The notes under the pieces are model-generated. The model was given only the letters and a program-made list of their open reading frames with translations, had not been told where the DNA came from and did no database searches. Shown here in pieces: positions 31,768-42,074 of a stretch of DNA of 64,000 nt. Positions within the stretch are counted from its first letter, which is position 1; the number at the start of each line of letters is the position of its first letter. The translations under genes and the position numbers were made by a program. The DNA comes from Bacteroidota bacterium. GTDB taxonomy: Bacteria; Bacteroidota; Bacteroidia; 2-12-FULL-35-15. The DNA is taken from NCBI GenBank assembly GCA_037131555.1, contig JBAXQU010000006.1, positions 753-64,752 of the forward strand, written 5' to 3'.

Positions 31768-32490
31768 CTAAAATCCAAGACTAGCACACGCCACTTCAGC
31801 TGCTAGTTGCTCTGCTCTTTTTTTTGAGAAATGTTGAGCAGTACCAATCACCTCTTCATTCATTATTAAGTGGATGGTGAAAAGTTTATCCGGTGAGGAA
31901 TTTCCATCAATAACCGTTTCAAAACGAAATTCTTTCCTTTCCTTTTGAGACCATTCTATAAATTTACTTTTGAAGTCAACTTCCTTTGTCACCAACTCTT
32001 CCATATCAATATGAACATTGATAATACGGGTAAGTAGAAATTTTTGTGCAAATTCAAATCCTTTATCAAGATATATTGCTCCAATTAATGCTTCGTAAGC
32101 ATCACCATTAATAGAACTTGGAATTCCTTTTCTTTCGTTATTCGCTTCAATAAAATTGCTTAGCCCAAGCTTCTGTGCAATATTATTGTGCTGATTCCGA
32201 CTCACCATTTTTGAACGCATCTTAGTTAAAAACCCTTCATCTTTAAAAGGAAATTTTTTAAAAAGATAATCAGCAACCACTGTCCCAATGACAGAGTCTC
32301 CTAAGAACTCCAAACGTTCGTTACTATCTTTTACTCCATCTTTTATAAGTGTAGCGGCCGAACTATGACGAAAAGCTGATTTGTAAAGGGAAATGTTTGA
32401 AGGATAAAATCCTAGTACATTTCGAAGAGACTGATTTAATTTTCTGTCAGGAGTAAAAAGTACTCGTAAGGAATGCGAAAATATTGGCAA
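31768..32490 (-). CDS. rnc: Ribonuclease III
   Basis: NERLEFLGDSV signature and a C-terminal dsRBD. Confidence 0.9.
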   Translation of the reverse strand: MPIFSHSLRVLFTPDRKLNQSLRNVLGFYPSNISLYKSAFRHSSAATLIKDGVKDSNERLEFLGDSVIGTVVADYLFKKFPFKDEGFLTKMRSKMVSRNQHNNIAQKLGLSNFIEANNERKGIPSSINGDAYEALIGAIYLDKGFEFAQKFLLTRIINVHIDMEELVTKEVDFKSKFIEWSQKERKEFRFETVIDGNSSPDKLFTIHLIMNEEVIGTAQHFSKKRAEQLAAEVACASLGF

Positions 32491-32499
32491 AGAGAAGTT

Positions 32500-33756
32500 T
32501 TATGCGATGTATTTCTTCACAATTACTGAGGCATTGTGACCTCCAAAACCAAATGTATTGCTAAGGGCAGCACGTACTACTCGTTTTTGAGCAGTTCCAA
32601 AGGTAAAATTCAAACGATTATCCAATGCTGGATCATCTGTAAAATGGTTAATAGTAGGAGGAACAATATCATGTTTTACTGCGAGTATTGCTGCCATAGC
32701 TTCAATTGCACCAGCAGCACCCAATAAGTGACCAGTCATAGACTTAGTAGAACTGATATTTAATTTGTATGCACTTTCGCCAAAAACGGCAACAATTGCT
32801 TTTGTTTCGGCTATATCACCTAGAGGTGTAGATGTTCCATGAACATTAACATAGTCAATGTCCTCAGGATTCATTTCCGCATCGTGTAAAGCATTTCTCA
32901 TCACGTTTCGAGCACCTAATCCTTCAGGATGAGGGGCGGTGATGTGATTGGCATCAGCTGTCATACCACCTCCAACTATTTCGGCATAAATTTTTGCACC
33001 TCGTTTTAGTGCGTGTTCCAAATCTTCCAAAATCAATGCTCCTGCACCTTCACCCAACACAAAACCATCTCTATCCAAATCGAATGGGCGAGATGCCGTA
33101 GCAGGAGAATCGTTACGAGTAGAGAGAGCATGCATAGCATTGAACCCACCAACACCTGCTGCATATATAGCAGCTTCCGAACCACCTGCAACAATGATAT
33201 CAGCTTTCCCTAATTTTATATAGGTTGCCGCATCTATCAATGCATTAGTAGAAGAAGCACAAGCTGATACCGTAGTAAAGTTAGGACCACGCATTCCGAA
33301 ACGGATGGAAATGTGGCCAGAACAAATATCGGCAATCATTTTGGGGATAAAGAAAGGATTGAAACGTGGAGTACCATCACCTCTATCATAATTTATACAC
33401 TCGTCTTGGAAAGTTTGTAACCCACCAATACCCGAGCCCCAAATAACTCCTGCTCTATCTGGATCGAAAGCATTCTCACCATCCAAACCTGCATCTTTTA
33501 CAGCTTGTATAGAGGCGCATAATCCGAATTGAGAGTACGGATCAAGTTTTCGTGCTTCTTTACGATCTAAATAATCTTCAGGGTTAAAGCCTTTTACCTC
33601 GCAGGCAAATTGTGTTTTGAACTTTGAAGCGTCAAAACGAGTAATAGGCGCAGCCCCGCTAACTCCATTGATAAGATTGTTCCAATAGTCTGAAACATTA
33701 TTACCAAGTGGAGTAATCGCACCTAGACCTGTAACTACTACTCGCCTTAACTTCAT
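32500..33756 (-). CDS. fabF: Beta-ketoacyl-ACP synthase II
   Basis: VSACASS (active-site Cys), HGTSTPLGD and GFGGHN. Confidence 0.95.
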   Translation of the reverse strand: MKLRRVVVTGLGAITPLGNNVSDYWNNLINGVSGAAPITRFDASKFKTQFACEVKGFNPEDYLDRKEARKLDPYSQFGLCASIQAVKDAGLDGENAFDPDRAGVIWGSGIGGLQTFQDECINYDRGDGTPRFNPFFIPKMIADICSGHISIRFGMRGPNFTTVSACASSTNALIDAATYIKLGKADIIVAGGSEAAIYAAGVGGFNAMHALSTRNDSPATASRPFDLDRDGFVLGEGAGALILEDLEHALKRGAKIYAEIVGGGMTADANHITAPHPEGLGARNVMRNALHDAEMNPEDIDYVNVHGTSTPLGDIAETKAIVAVFGESAYKLNISSTKSMTGHLLGAAGAIEAMAAILAVKHDIVPPTINHFTDDPALDNRLNFTFGTAQKRVVRAALSNTFGFGGHNASVIVKKYIA

Positions 33757-33774
33757 TAAATAAATCTTTTGGAA

Positions 33775-34011
33775 TTATTTTGCGTTTGCTTCAATGTAAG
33801 TAATTGCTTCACCTACAGTACCAATTTTTTCAGCTTGGTCGTCTGGAATAGCAATGTTAAATTCTTTTTCAAACTCCATTATCAACTCTACAGTATCTAA
33901 TGAGTCTGCACCTAAATCATTTGTAAAGCTCGCTGTTAGCGTTACTTCTTTCTCGTCTACGCCTAGTTTATCAACGATGATAGCTTTTACTTTTGTTGCA
34001 ATGTCTGACAT
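33775..34011 (-). CDS. acpP: Acyl carrier protein
   Basis: [16 protein letters not shown] phosphopantetheine-attachment motif. Confidence 0.95.
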   Translation of the reverse strand: MSDIATKVKAIIVDKLGVDEKEVTLTASFTNDLGADSLDTVELIMEFEKEFNIAIPDDQAEKIGTVGEAITYIEANAK

Positions 34012-34041
34012 TTTTAAAATGTTTTTTAGTTAATTCGGTTG

Positions 34042-34049
34042 CAAAGATA
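34042..34049 (-). promoter_or_regulatory. Bacteroidota-type -7 box (TATCTTTG) upstream of acpP
   Basis: Matches TAnnTTTG on the minus strand, 30 nt upstream of the acpP ATG. Confidence 0.45.
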
Positions 34050-34198
34050 GAGTTATGTGTAGAATAACAAAAAAAAATCTGAGTTTATTAACATTTTTCC
34101 TGCCCTTATTTTCTGTTTTCTTTTACAAATCAAGGATTTAAACTTATTGTTAAGGTTTTCATCTCGAAATACTTTGAATGAGATATGGTATTAAAAGC

Positions 34199-34206
34199 TA
34201 ATTTTG
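34199..34206 (+). promoter_or_regulatory. Bacteroidota-type -7 box (TAATTTTG) 4 nt upstream of the purN ATG
   Basis: Matches TAnnTTTG. The ATG is at 34211, implying a leaderless mRNA. Confidence 0.4.
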
Positions 34207-34210
34207 CACC

Positions 34211-34804
34211 ATGAAAACGAACAAGATTGCCATTTTTGCCTCCGGAGAAGGTACTAATGCTCAAAATATCATTAATTATTTCAGAGATTCAAACAACATC
34301 GAGGTTGCCTTGGTGGTGTCAAACAAAACTACTGCTAATGTTCTGAATCGAGCTAAACTGGCTAATATTCCTGCCTTAGTAATTACAAAAACTGATTTTT
34401 TTGAATCCATGAACACTTTGAATCAATTAAAATCCTTTGGCATCAATTGGATTGTACTAGCTGGATTTCTATGGAAAGTTCCACAAACTTTTATTCAAGA
34501 GTATCCATCAAAGATTATTAACATCCACCCAGCTCTTCTTCCTAAATATGGTGGCAAAGGAATGTACGGAATGCATGTTCACGAGGCTGTAATCGCGGCT
34601 AAAGAAATTCAAAGTGGCATTTCTATTCATTATGTAAACGAACATTATGATGAAGGTGCAATCATCTCACAACATCGATGTGATATAGCTGAAAACGAAA
34701 CACCTTATACCTTGGCGGCTAAAATACACGAACTGGAATATACATTTTTTCCGAAGGACATAGAACAGATTATTATTGGACATCAGAAGCAAGAATTTAA
34801 GTGA
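34211..34804 (+). CDS. purN: Phosphoribosylglycinamide formyltransferase
   Basis: IAIFASGEGTNAQNII, AGFLWKV and NIHPALLPKYGG are present. Confidence 0.9.
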   Translation: MKTNKIAIFASGEGTNAQNIINYFRDSNNIEVALVVSNKTTANVLNRAKLANIPALVITKTDFFESMNTLNQLKSFGINWIVLAGFLWKVPQTFIQEYPSKIINIHPALLPKYGGKGMYGMHVHEAVIAAKEIQSGISIHYVNEHYDEGAIISQHRCDIAENETPYTLAAKIHELEYTFFPKDIEQIIIGHQKQEFK

Positions 34805-34831
34805 TTCAACTTTTTATAATTTTACTAAACC

Positions 34832-35392
34832 ATGGAATATAAAGAAATTCTTACCATTACAATGATATTGTTTGCGGTGATTGATGTTATTGGATCTTTG
34901 CCTGTGATACTTGACTTGCAAACAAAACATGGTGATATACAAGCGGTGAAAGCAACGCTTGTGTCTGGAGTAATAATGATTGCTTTTATGTTTCTTGGCG
35001 AACAAATACTCAATGTAATTGGAATTGATGTAAGCTCATTTGCAATCGCTGGATCTTTTATCATCTTTTTTCTGGCGTTAGAAATGATTCTTGGAGTAAA
35101 ATTTTACAAAGACGATTCGGCAACTACAGCGTCTATCGTGCCCATCGCTTTCCCTCTTATAGCTGGTACAGGAACACTCACCACCTTGCTTTCTATTCGA
35201 GCCGAATATAAAACGCAAAACATCATCATCGCGATTCTTATTAATCTTGTATTTGTATACCTTGTCTTGCGAAACACTTATCGACTCGAAAAAATTCTAG
35301 GTGTGGGAGGTATCAACATTTTAAGAAAAGTATTTGGAGTGATCCTCTTAGCAATAGCCGTAAAATTATTCCGAACCCATGCTGGGATTTAG
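34832..35392 (+). CDS. MarC family (UPF0056) integral membrane protein
   Basis: Six-TM protein with FAVIDVIGSLPV and IVPIAFPLIAGTG blocks. Confidence 0.8.
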   Translation: MEYKEILTITMILFAVIDVIGSLPVILDLQTKHGDIQAVKATLVSGVIMIAFMFLGEQILNVIGIDVSSFAIAGSFIIFFLALEMILGVKFYKDDSATTASIVPIAFPLIAGTGTLTTLLSIRAEYKTQNIIIAILINLVFVYLVLRNTYRLEKILGVGGINILRKVFGVILLAIAVKLFRTHAGI

Positions 35393-35423
35393 ATGCAAAC
35401 TAATAGTTAAATAACAAAATAGA

Positions 35424-35879
35424 ATGGTTTCAATATTTACAGATGGCTCATCAAGAGGAAATCCAGGACCAGGAGGTTATGGTGTAGTGATGCTGGCAGG
35501 AGAGCTACGAAAAGAGATCTCGGAAGGATTTCGATTAACCACCAACAACAGAATGGAACTATTGAGTGTGATTGTTGCATTGGAGGCATTAAAAAAAGAA
35601 GGGACATCGGTCACCATCTATTCCGACAGCAAATATGTGGTTGATTCAGTTGAAAAGAAATGGGTTTTTGGTTGGGAAAAAAAACAGTTTAAAGATAAGA
35701 AAAATGAAGATTTATGGATTCGATTTCTGAGATCGTACCGAAAACAACATGTAAAATTTGTATGGGTGAAAGGCCATGCAGCTAATAAAGAAAACAACCG
35801 TTGCGATGAACTCGCTACTGCTGCTGCAATGGGAAAAGGCTTAAAGGCTGATCATTGGTTCGAGGAAAATAATGCATAA
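35424..35879 (+). CDS. rnhA: Ribonuclease HI
   Basis: IFTDGSSRGNPGPGGYG...TNNRMEL...IYSDSKYV...WVKGHA..NNRCDELA. Confidence 0.9.
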   Translation: MVSIFTDGSSRGNPGPGGYGVVMLAGELRKEISEGFRLTTNNRMELLSVIVALEALKKEGTSVTIYSDSKYVVDSVEKKWVFGWEKKQFKDKKNEDLWIRFLRSYRKQHVKFVWVKGHAANKENNRCDELATAAAMGKGLKADHWFEENNA

Positions 35880-35917
35880 TTTCTTTTTCAATATCCATAA
35901 TCTAAATCAAGAACAAC

Positions 35918-36706
35918 CTATAAACATCCTGTTCGACCTCCATCAATTGGCACATTAATTCCAGTAATGTAAGCTGCCGCAGGAGATGCTAAAAATGCAA
36001 CCGCGTTGGCTACTTCTGACGCTTCAGCAAACCGCCCCATCGGTATTTCTTCCATCATTTCTTTTTGAATGGTATCGATCGATTTATTTTTACTTTTCGA
36101 ATTATTAGTGATGATGGTTTGCAATCTACCGGTAAGTGTAGCTCCAGGAAGCACATTGTTTACCGTAATTCCGAAAGGTGCCAGTTCTGTGGCCAAGGTT
36201 TTGCTCCAGTTGGCTACTGCGGCACGAATGGTATTGGATACACCTAAATTTTTCAAAGGCATTTTCACTGAAGTGCTGATAATGTTCACAATCCTGCCAT
36301 ACTTTTCTTTTTTCATTCCTTCCATCAAGGCTTGAACCAAAATATGGTTGCAAATTAAATGATTGTTAAACGCTTTCAAAAACTCTTCCACCTTCGCATT
36401 CTGAATAAGTCCGCTGGCTGGGCCTCCTGTGTTGTTAACAAGTATGTGAATTGCTCCTTTGGTTTTAACAAACGCCTCAACTTTCGATTTCAAATTAGCT
36501 TGATTTTCGAAATCGGCTACTATAAAATCGTGATGTTGACCATTAGCGGTATCTAAGTCATTCAGCGATTCTTTTAAAGCATTTTCATTACGAGCAAGTA
36601 ATATTACATTAGCACCTAACGAAGCTAATTCAATTGCTGATGCCTTACCAATACCCTGTGTACTTCCACATACCAAGGCAGTTTTCCCTTTTAAGCTTAA
36701 ATTCAT
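35918..36706 (-). CDS. SDR family oxidoreductase
   Basis: GKTALVCGSTQGIGKA (TGxxxGxG) and NNTG; the sequence is FabG-like. Confidence 0.85.
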   Translation of the reverse strand: MNLSLKGKTALVCGSTQGIGKASAIELASLGANVILLARNENALKESLNDLDTANGQHHDFIVADFENQANLKSKVEAFVKTKGAIHILVNNTGGPASGLIQNAKVEEFLKAFNNHLICNHILVQALMEGMKKEKYGRIVNIISTSVKMPLKNLGVSNTIRAAVANWSKTLATELAPFGITVNNVLPGATLTGRLQTIITNNSKSKNKSIDTIQKEMMEEIPMGRFAEASEVANAVAFLASPAAAYITGINVPIDGGRTGCL

Positions 36707-36760
36707 ACAACAAAGATAAATTAAATAATAATGTAGAAGGTCCGCAATATCGTAAATCTG

Positions 36761-37747
36761 CTAATCATAATACGTGTAACCAAATTTAACAATACCAACC
36801 GAAGCATTAATATGGTCACGATTGACTTCCGACTTGGGCAAACGAGTGGTATCGTCATACAAAATATTTATCTCATCCGTGAGTACGCCTTTTTTAAATC
36901 GTTTTTCGGTTATCACATCTCCGTATGCATTGTACTCATAAGTCGATTCGGTTTTCATTTCGCCACTTTCGTTACTCGAAAATGTTTTCCCAATGAGGTT
37001 ACTCGTTGAATCATATTTATAATAATAATCGGCTTGCATCCAACTCACAATGAACTCGTAATTTTCAGAAAGTTTTTTCTTGTGTTCATCATAGTTAATG
37101 ATGGCCTTTTTGTATTCGCGACCTTCGTCATTCAAGCACGATTTTTTCAATTGTGTTGCTGTCAAAGTAGTATATTGAAACGTCTCTGACGAAAGGATAC
37201 TTTGAACACCTAATTTAAACTCCTTGATGTTTTCACTAACATTCGTTTCGCGGCAATGTACTTCCTTTTGTATTCTTCCTTCAGTATTATACTCGTAGTA
37301 GTAAGCATCGTAATAATCTCCTGTGCGAGCACGTTTTGCAATCACCCAATTGGTGTTGTTATAAAACACATCCACAAATATTGTATCGTTAAAATATTTT
37401 TTTACAGTGCGTGTTCCTGCCTGACGCACCACTTTTGCTCTTCTCACCAATTGCGAAACATCTTCCTCAAGGTTCTCTGTTCTATTCAAGATGGTGTAAT
37501 AATATCTTGTGAGATTCCCATTCCTATCGAATTCATATCCCTGTGTTCCGCCTTTATCTATTATCATTTCACCATCTGGTTTATCGACCATCACGAGTTG
37601 AATATTTTTAATTTTATTTTGTTTCACGATGGCCGCATTAAAGTTAACCGGGCCAAGTGGAATTTCTAAAGGCTTCGTATTGATGAGCTGAGCTATACAA
37701 AATTGACTGAAAAGAAATGTCGTTATTACTAGAGTGAGTTGTTTCAA
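36761..37747 (-). CDS. Hypothetical secreted protein
   Basis: Signal peptide LVITTFLFSQFCIAQ. Tyr-rich YD-like short repeats (YYYEYNTEG, TYEYNAYGD). Confidence 0.55.
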   Translation of the reverse strand: MKQLTLVITTFLFSQFCIAQLINTKPLEIPLGPVNFNAAIVKQNKIKNIQLVMVDKPDGEMIIDKGGTQGYEFDRNGNLTRYYYTILNRTENLEEDVSQLVRRAKVVRQAGTRTVKKYFNDTIFVDVFYNNTNWVIAKRARTGDYYDAYYYEYNTEGRIQKEVHCRETNVSENIKEFKLGVQSILSSETFQYTTLTATQLKKSCLNDEGREYKKAIINYDEHKKKLSENYEFIVSWMQADYYYKYDSTSNLIGKTFSSNESGEMKTESTYEYNAYGDVITEKRFKKGVLTDEINILYDDTTRLPKSEVNRDHINASVGIVKFGYTYYD

Positions 37748-37748
37748 A

Positions 37749-39770
37749 TTATTTCAATTGTTGTAAAGCTTCATTTACATTGCTCACTGGTTTATTACAC
37801 GTTTTGTTGGTACACACATATATGAGTGTTTCTCCTTTTTCACCCCGATTAAGCAGCAATGGCATATCACTTTGGATTTCACATCCTGCCATTATCACAT
37901 TAGGTATATAAATTTGATTGAATGATTTTCTTTTTTCGTGAAACGATTTCCCAACAATTGCAATTTCATAAAAAGGTTGAGTAAAGTTCAAAAGCAGCAT
38001 AGCCCAATTGCTGTATCCAGCGCCATACGATTCGATTTGATCTAAAACATTATTCAACATTTTTTTACTCATCGCCAAATAGGATTCATTTTCTAAATGA
38101 TGCCCAAGCAAAAACAAGGATTTAGCTATGCTAGAATTGGAAGCAGGAATCACGTTGTCCGACAATTCCATTTTTTTACTGATCAGCGCTTTGTCTTCGT
38201 TAGATGTAAAATAAAACATACCTGAGTCATTATCTTGAAAATGTTCGATACAATACTTCATCAAATCATTTGCTTTAAAAAGATATTTTTCATCAAATGT
38301 TGATTCATAAAGCGCAATTAAAGATTCTATCAAAAATGAATAATCTTCGAGAAAACCATTCGCCTTTTTTCCGATTAAGTGCGAAAGTTGATTACCATCT
38401 ATAACCGCATTTGCAAAAATAAAATCCAAGTTCTTTATGGCCGTATTCAAGAATTTACTTTCATCAAATGCTTTTGCAGCATCCACATAAGCTTTTAGCA
38501 TTAAAGCGTTCCACGAAGTAAGCAATTTGTTATCCAATCCAGGTCGTACTCTTGTTTCTCGTTGTTTCAATAAACATACTTTTAGTTCCTCGATGATTAA
38601 CTTCAAATTGTCAACCGAAATTGAATGTTTTTGTGCTACCACCTCCTCACTTTCATTCCTGAGTAAAATATAATTATTATGTTCCCACCATCCTTTTTCA
38701 TTTACGTTGTAATAATCAGCAAAGATGTTATAGTTCTCTTTCAATACGTCTTTCAATTCATCTTTTTGCCAAACATAATATTTCCCTTCCACTCCTTCCG
38801 AATCGGCATCTAATGCAGAATAAAAACCACCATCCGCTGAAGTTAATTCTCGTTCAACAAAAGCTAATGTTTCGAAAACAACTTCTTTGTACAATGGGTT
38901 TTTAGTAGCCTGAAAAGCTTCTGAATAAAGACTTACAAGTTGAGCATTATCATAAAGCATTTTTTCGAAATGCGGCACTTTCCAATATCTATCCACCGAA
39001 TAGCGAGAAAACCCTCCTCCTATTTGGTCATAGATTCCTCCATAAGCCATTTTAGTAAGCGTCCTATTGACATGTTCAAGCACCTCCTCTTTAATATTTG
39101 AGAATGAAAACGCATACCTCAGCAGAAAAAGATAATTGTTAGGCAAAGGGAATTTGGGTGCTCCATCCGGTCCCCCTTCTATATTGTCAAATCTATTTTT
39201 CAAATTCAAATATGATTGATGCAATGTTTCAGCACTAAACTCCTCCATGCTCTCATTCACTTTCACCAATTCGGAAAGTCTTACTCCTTCGGTTAAACGC
39301 GTTGCATATTCAATTGCCTTTTCCCTATCGTTTTGATACACATCAGCAATATTCAACAAAACATTCATCCATTGTTGTTTTGGAAAATAAGTACCACCAT
39401 AAATTGGCCTACCATCAGGTAAGGCTATACAATTCAATGGCCAACCTCCTTTGCCTGTCATCAACTGCACAGCAAGCATGTATATTTGGTCTACATCAGG
39501 GCGTTCCTCTCGGTCTACTTTAATGCATATAAAATAGTCGTTCATCAATTGAGCTACTTGCTCGTCTTCAAAACTTTCGTGTTCCATCACATGGCACCAA
39601 TGGCAGGCTGAATAACCTATACTTATCAGAATAAGTTTATCCTCTTGTTTTGCTTTTAGCAACGTCTCCTCATTCCACGGATACCAATTGACAGGATTGT
39701 GAGCATGTTGAAGCAAGTAAGGACTTGTTTCGTGTATTAATGAATTGGTATGTTTATGCGTTATGCTCAT
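37749..39770 (-). CDS. Thioredoxin-domain protein of the YyaL/DUF255 family with a C-terminal (alpha/alpha)6-barrel
   Basis: NPVNWYPW...[22 protein letters not shown] is typical of DUF255. Confidence 0.85.
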   Translation of the reverse strand: MSITHKHTNSLIHETSPYLLQHAHNPVNWYPWNEETLLKAKQEDKLILISIGYSACHWCHVMEHESFEDEQVAQLMNDYFICIKVDREERPDVDQIYMLAVQLMTGKGGWPLNCIALPDGRPIYGGTYFPKQQWMNVLLNIADVYQNDREKAIEYATRLTEGVRLSELVKVNESMEEFSAETLHQSYLNLKNRFDNIEGGPDGAPKFPLPNNYLFLLRYAFSFSNIKEEVLEHVNRTLTKMAYGGIYDQIGGGFSRYSVDRYWKVPHFEKMLYDNAQLVSLYSEAFQATKNPLYKEVVFETLAFVERELTSADGGFYSALDADSEGVEGKYYVWQKDELKDVLKENYNIFADYYNVNEKGWWEHNNYILLRNESEEVVAQKHSISVDNLKLIIEELKVCLLKQRETRVRPGLDNKLLTSWNALMLKAYVDAAKAFDESKFLNTAIKNLDFIFANAVIDGNQLSHLIGKKANGFLEDYSFLIESLIALYESTFDEKYLFKANDLMKYCIEHFQDNDSGMFYFTSNEDKALISKKMELSDNVIPASNSSIAKSLFLLGHHLENESYLAMSKKMLNNVLDQIESYGAGYSNWAMLLLNFTQPFYEIAIVGKSFHEKRKSFNQIYIPNVIMAGCEIQSDMPLLLNRGEKGETLIYVCTNKTCNKPVSNVNEALQQLK

Positions 39771-40267
39771 TTTGTTAGGTTCAAGGGTACATTGCGAGTA
39801 AGATTTACAGGAAAAGATTTTTTTACTAAAAATTTTCCGGCTTGAATATTTCCCTTAATACCAATCTCTACATTTTTACTCATCGCCATTGCTATTACCT
39901 TAGGAATATCGGTAATGCTCAATCCTGAAAAGTCGGATTTTATTTTGAAGGTATATGATTCTTCGCTATTTGCTTTTATCCTAACATTGTTTGCCAAATG
40001 AGCTTTACCAGCATTTAAACCACTCAGTGTTACATCTACATCCGATTTGTAAATAGTGAAAGCACTTGAATTGGGATTTTTTATTCGAGCTGTTATCTCT
40101 GCTTCTACACCATTCTGCGATAGTTTCACCAATTTCATACTCTCTATTCCACTGAAACTTACTTCCTGAAAATTGCGATTGCAGGAACTAACAAGTACAA
40201 TTAATAATAAAAGAAACGCCCCCATTCTTACGAACAAGGGCGCTTTTGCAAAGGTGTTTTTTATCAT
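39767..40267 (-). CDS. LEA_2 / NDR1-HIN1-like lipoprotein
   Basis: Lipobox LVSSC and an IKNPN motif. Overlaps the upstream gene by 4 nt. Confidence 0.5.
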   Translation of the reverse strand: MIKNTFAKAPLFVRMGAFLLLLIVLVSSCNRNFQEVSFSGIESMKLVKLSQNGVEAEITARIKNPNSSAFTIYKSDVDVTLSGLNAGKAHLANNVRIKANSEESYTFKIKSDFSGLSITDIPKVIAMAMSKNVEIGIKGNIQAGKFLVKKSFPVNLTRNVPLNLTK

Positions 40268-40290
40268 CTACGTTGTTTCGTGTAGGTTGA

Positions 40291-41661
40291 TTATTTGCTC
40301 ATTTCAGCATAGTACTGAAAGAAATAAGGAATTGTTTCTATTCCTTTTAAATAATTAAATACACCATAATGTTCGTTTGGAGAATGGATTGCATCTGAAT
40401 CGAGGCCGAAACCAAGCAATACCGTATCTAATCCCAATTCAGATTTAAACATAGCCACTATAGGAATACTACCTCCACTACGCACAGGAATTGGCTTTTT
40501 GCCAAATGTTGTTTCCATGGCTTTGCTAGCTGCTTTGTAGGCAATCGAGTTGCTTGGAGTTACAGCAGCTTCGCCTCCATGATGTGGTGTCACTTTTACC
40601 GTTACCGATGATGGTGCAATGGATTCGAAATATTTTTTGAACTGTTCGAATGTTTTATCAGAGTTTTGATACGGAACCAAACGCATGGATATTTTTGCAA
40701 AGGCTTTTGAAGCAATTACTGTTTTAGCTCCCTCTCCTTGATAACCTCCCCAAATACCATTCACATCCAATGTTGGGCGGATGGAATTACGTTCGTTAGT
40801 GGTATACCCTTCTTCGCCTATTACATCTTTTAAATCCAATGATTTTTTGTACTCATCCAAACTGAATGGTGCTTTTGCCATTTCAGCACGTTCTTCGGCT
40901 GATAGTACTTCCACATCATCATAAAATCCTGGTATGGTAATGTGTTTGTTATCGTCTTTCAACTTTGCAATCATTTCGCAAAGAATATTGATTGGATTAG
41001 GCACAGCACCACCATAAAGTCCTGAATGCAAATCACGATTAGGACCCGTTACTTCAACCTCTAAGTAAGTAAGTCCTCTTAATCCAACGGTAATGGAAGG
41101 AATGTCGTTGGCAATAATTCCAGTATCTGAAACAAGAATAACATCTGCTTTTAATTTCTCTTTATTGTTTTTTACAAAAATCCCAAGGTTGTCGGAACCA
41201 ATTTCTTCCTCACCTTCTAACATAAACTTGATATTACAAGGAAGTGAATTTGTTTTCATCATAAATTCGAATGCTTTCACATGCGAAAACATTTGTCCTT
41301 TATCATCACATGCACCACGTGCATATATTTTTCCGTCTTTTATAACGGGTTCGAAAGGACCTGAAGTCCATAGTTCCAATGGGTCGGCTGGTTGAACATC
41401 ATAGTGTCCATAAACTAATACGGTAGGCAACTTAGGGTCAATCATTTTTTCAGCATATACTATCGGATAACCTGCAGTAAGGCAGATTTCGGCTTTATCG
41501 GCACCTGCTTTAGTTAAGCTAGCTTTGATAGAATCGGCTGTGCGAAACACATCATCCTTGTATTTCGGGTCAGCACTTACGCTTGGTATTCTTAATAATT
41601 CGAAAAGTTCGCTTAAAAAACGTTCTTTGTTTGCTTCAATGTACTCGTTAATTTTTGCCAT
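40291..41661 (-). CDS. M20 family dipeptidase
   Basis: VYGHYDVQP, ARGACDDKGQ and MLEGEEEIGS are M20 metal-binding blocks. I prefer the start at MAKINEY (41661) over 41709. Confidence 0.85.
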   Translation of the reverse strand: MAKINEYIEANKERFLSELFELLRIPSVSADPKYKDDVFRTADSIKASLTKAGADKAEICLTAGYPIVYAEKMIDPKLPTVLVYGHYDVQPADPLELWTSGPFEPVIKDGKIYARGACDDKGQMFSHVKAFEFMMKTNSLPCNIKFMLEGEEEIGSDNLGIFVKNNKEKLKADVILVSDTGIIANDIPSITVGLRGLTYLEVEVTGPNRDLHSGLYGGAVPNPINILCEMIAKLKDDNKHITIPGFYDDVEVLSAEERAEMAKAPFSLDEYKKSLDLKDVIGEEGYTTNERNSIRPTLDVNGIWGGYQGEGAKTVIASKAFAKISMRLVPYQNSDKTFEQFKKYFESIAPSSVTVKVTPHHGGEAAVTPSNSIAYKAASKAMETTFGKKPIPVRSGGSIPIVAMFKSELGLDTVLLGFGLDSDAIHSPNEHYGVFNYLKGIETIPYFFQYYAEMSK

Positions 41662-41805
41662 TTTTATTTTATTATAAAGTTTAAAGTTCGAAAGTAAATA
41701 GGAACGCAAATTTGCAATTAAATATTTAGATAGAGGAACGAAATATGATAAATTATTTAATATTTATCGATAAGCTATGTACTAGAACTTATCGAAAACA
41801 AAAAA

Positions 41806-41833
41806 GGCAAGAAACAATTGTTTCTCGCCTTTT
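41806..41833. terminator. Orphan stem-loop flanked by an A-run and a T-run (bidirectional terminator-like) at the island junction
   Basis: The sequence is AAAAAA GGCAAGAAAC AATT GTTTCTCGCC TTTT, with one mismatch in a 10-bp stem. No convergent gene ends here in the present arrangement. Confidence 0.45.
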
Positions 41834-42074
41834 GGTTGAGGTCCCGTGCGTCCTGTTTTTGAGTACTTTTGGGTGATTCAAAATTCGCCATTTACTCAAT
41901 GTTTACAATCATCTCAGCAGTTATACAATTTTTTGGTAAAATCCGAAAATCACCCAGAAATTTCCCGATTTTGCCACACGTTTTGCCACACTTTTTTTGG
42001 ACAAATCTATCTCTGTTTTTCTTGCTTTCTGTCCAGCCGATACAAACGTATAATAAATATCAATACAAATAACT

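Noticed and set aside
41834-41870. A tRNA or tRNA fragment as the integration target at the island's left end
   Set aside because: GGTTGAGGTCCCGTGCGTCC and its complement show no T-loop or acceptor-stem pattern, and no cloverleaf can be drawn by eye. I could not find a tRNA, rRNA or CRISPR array anywhere in the window.
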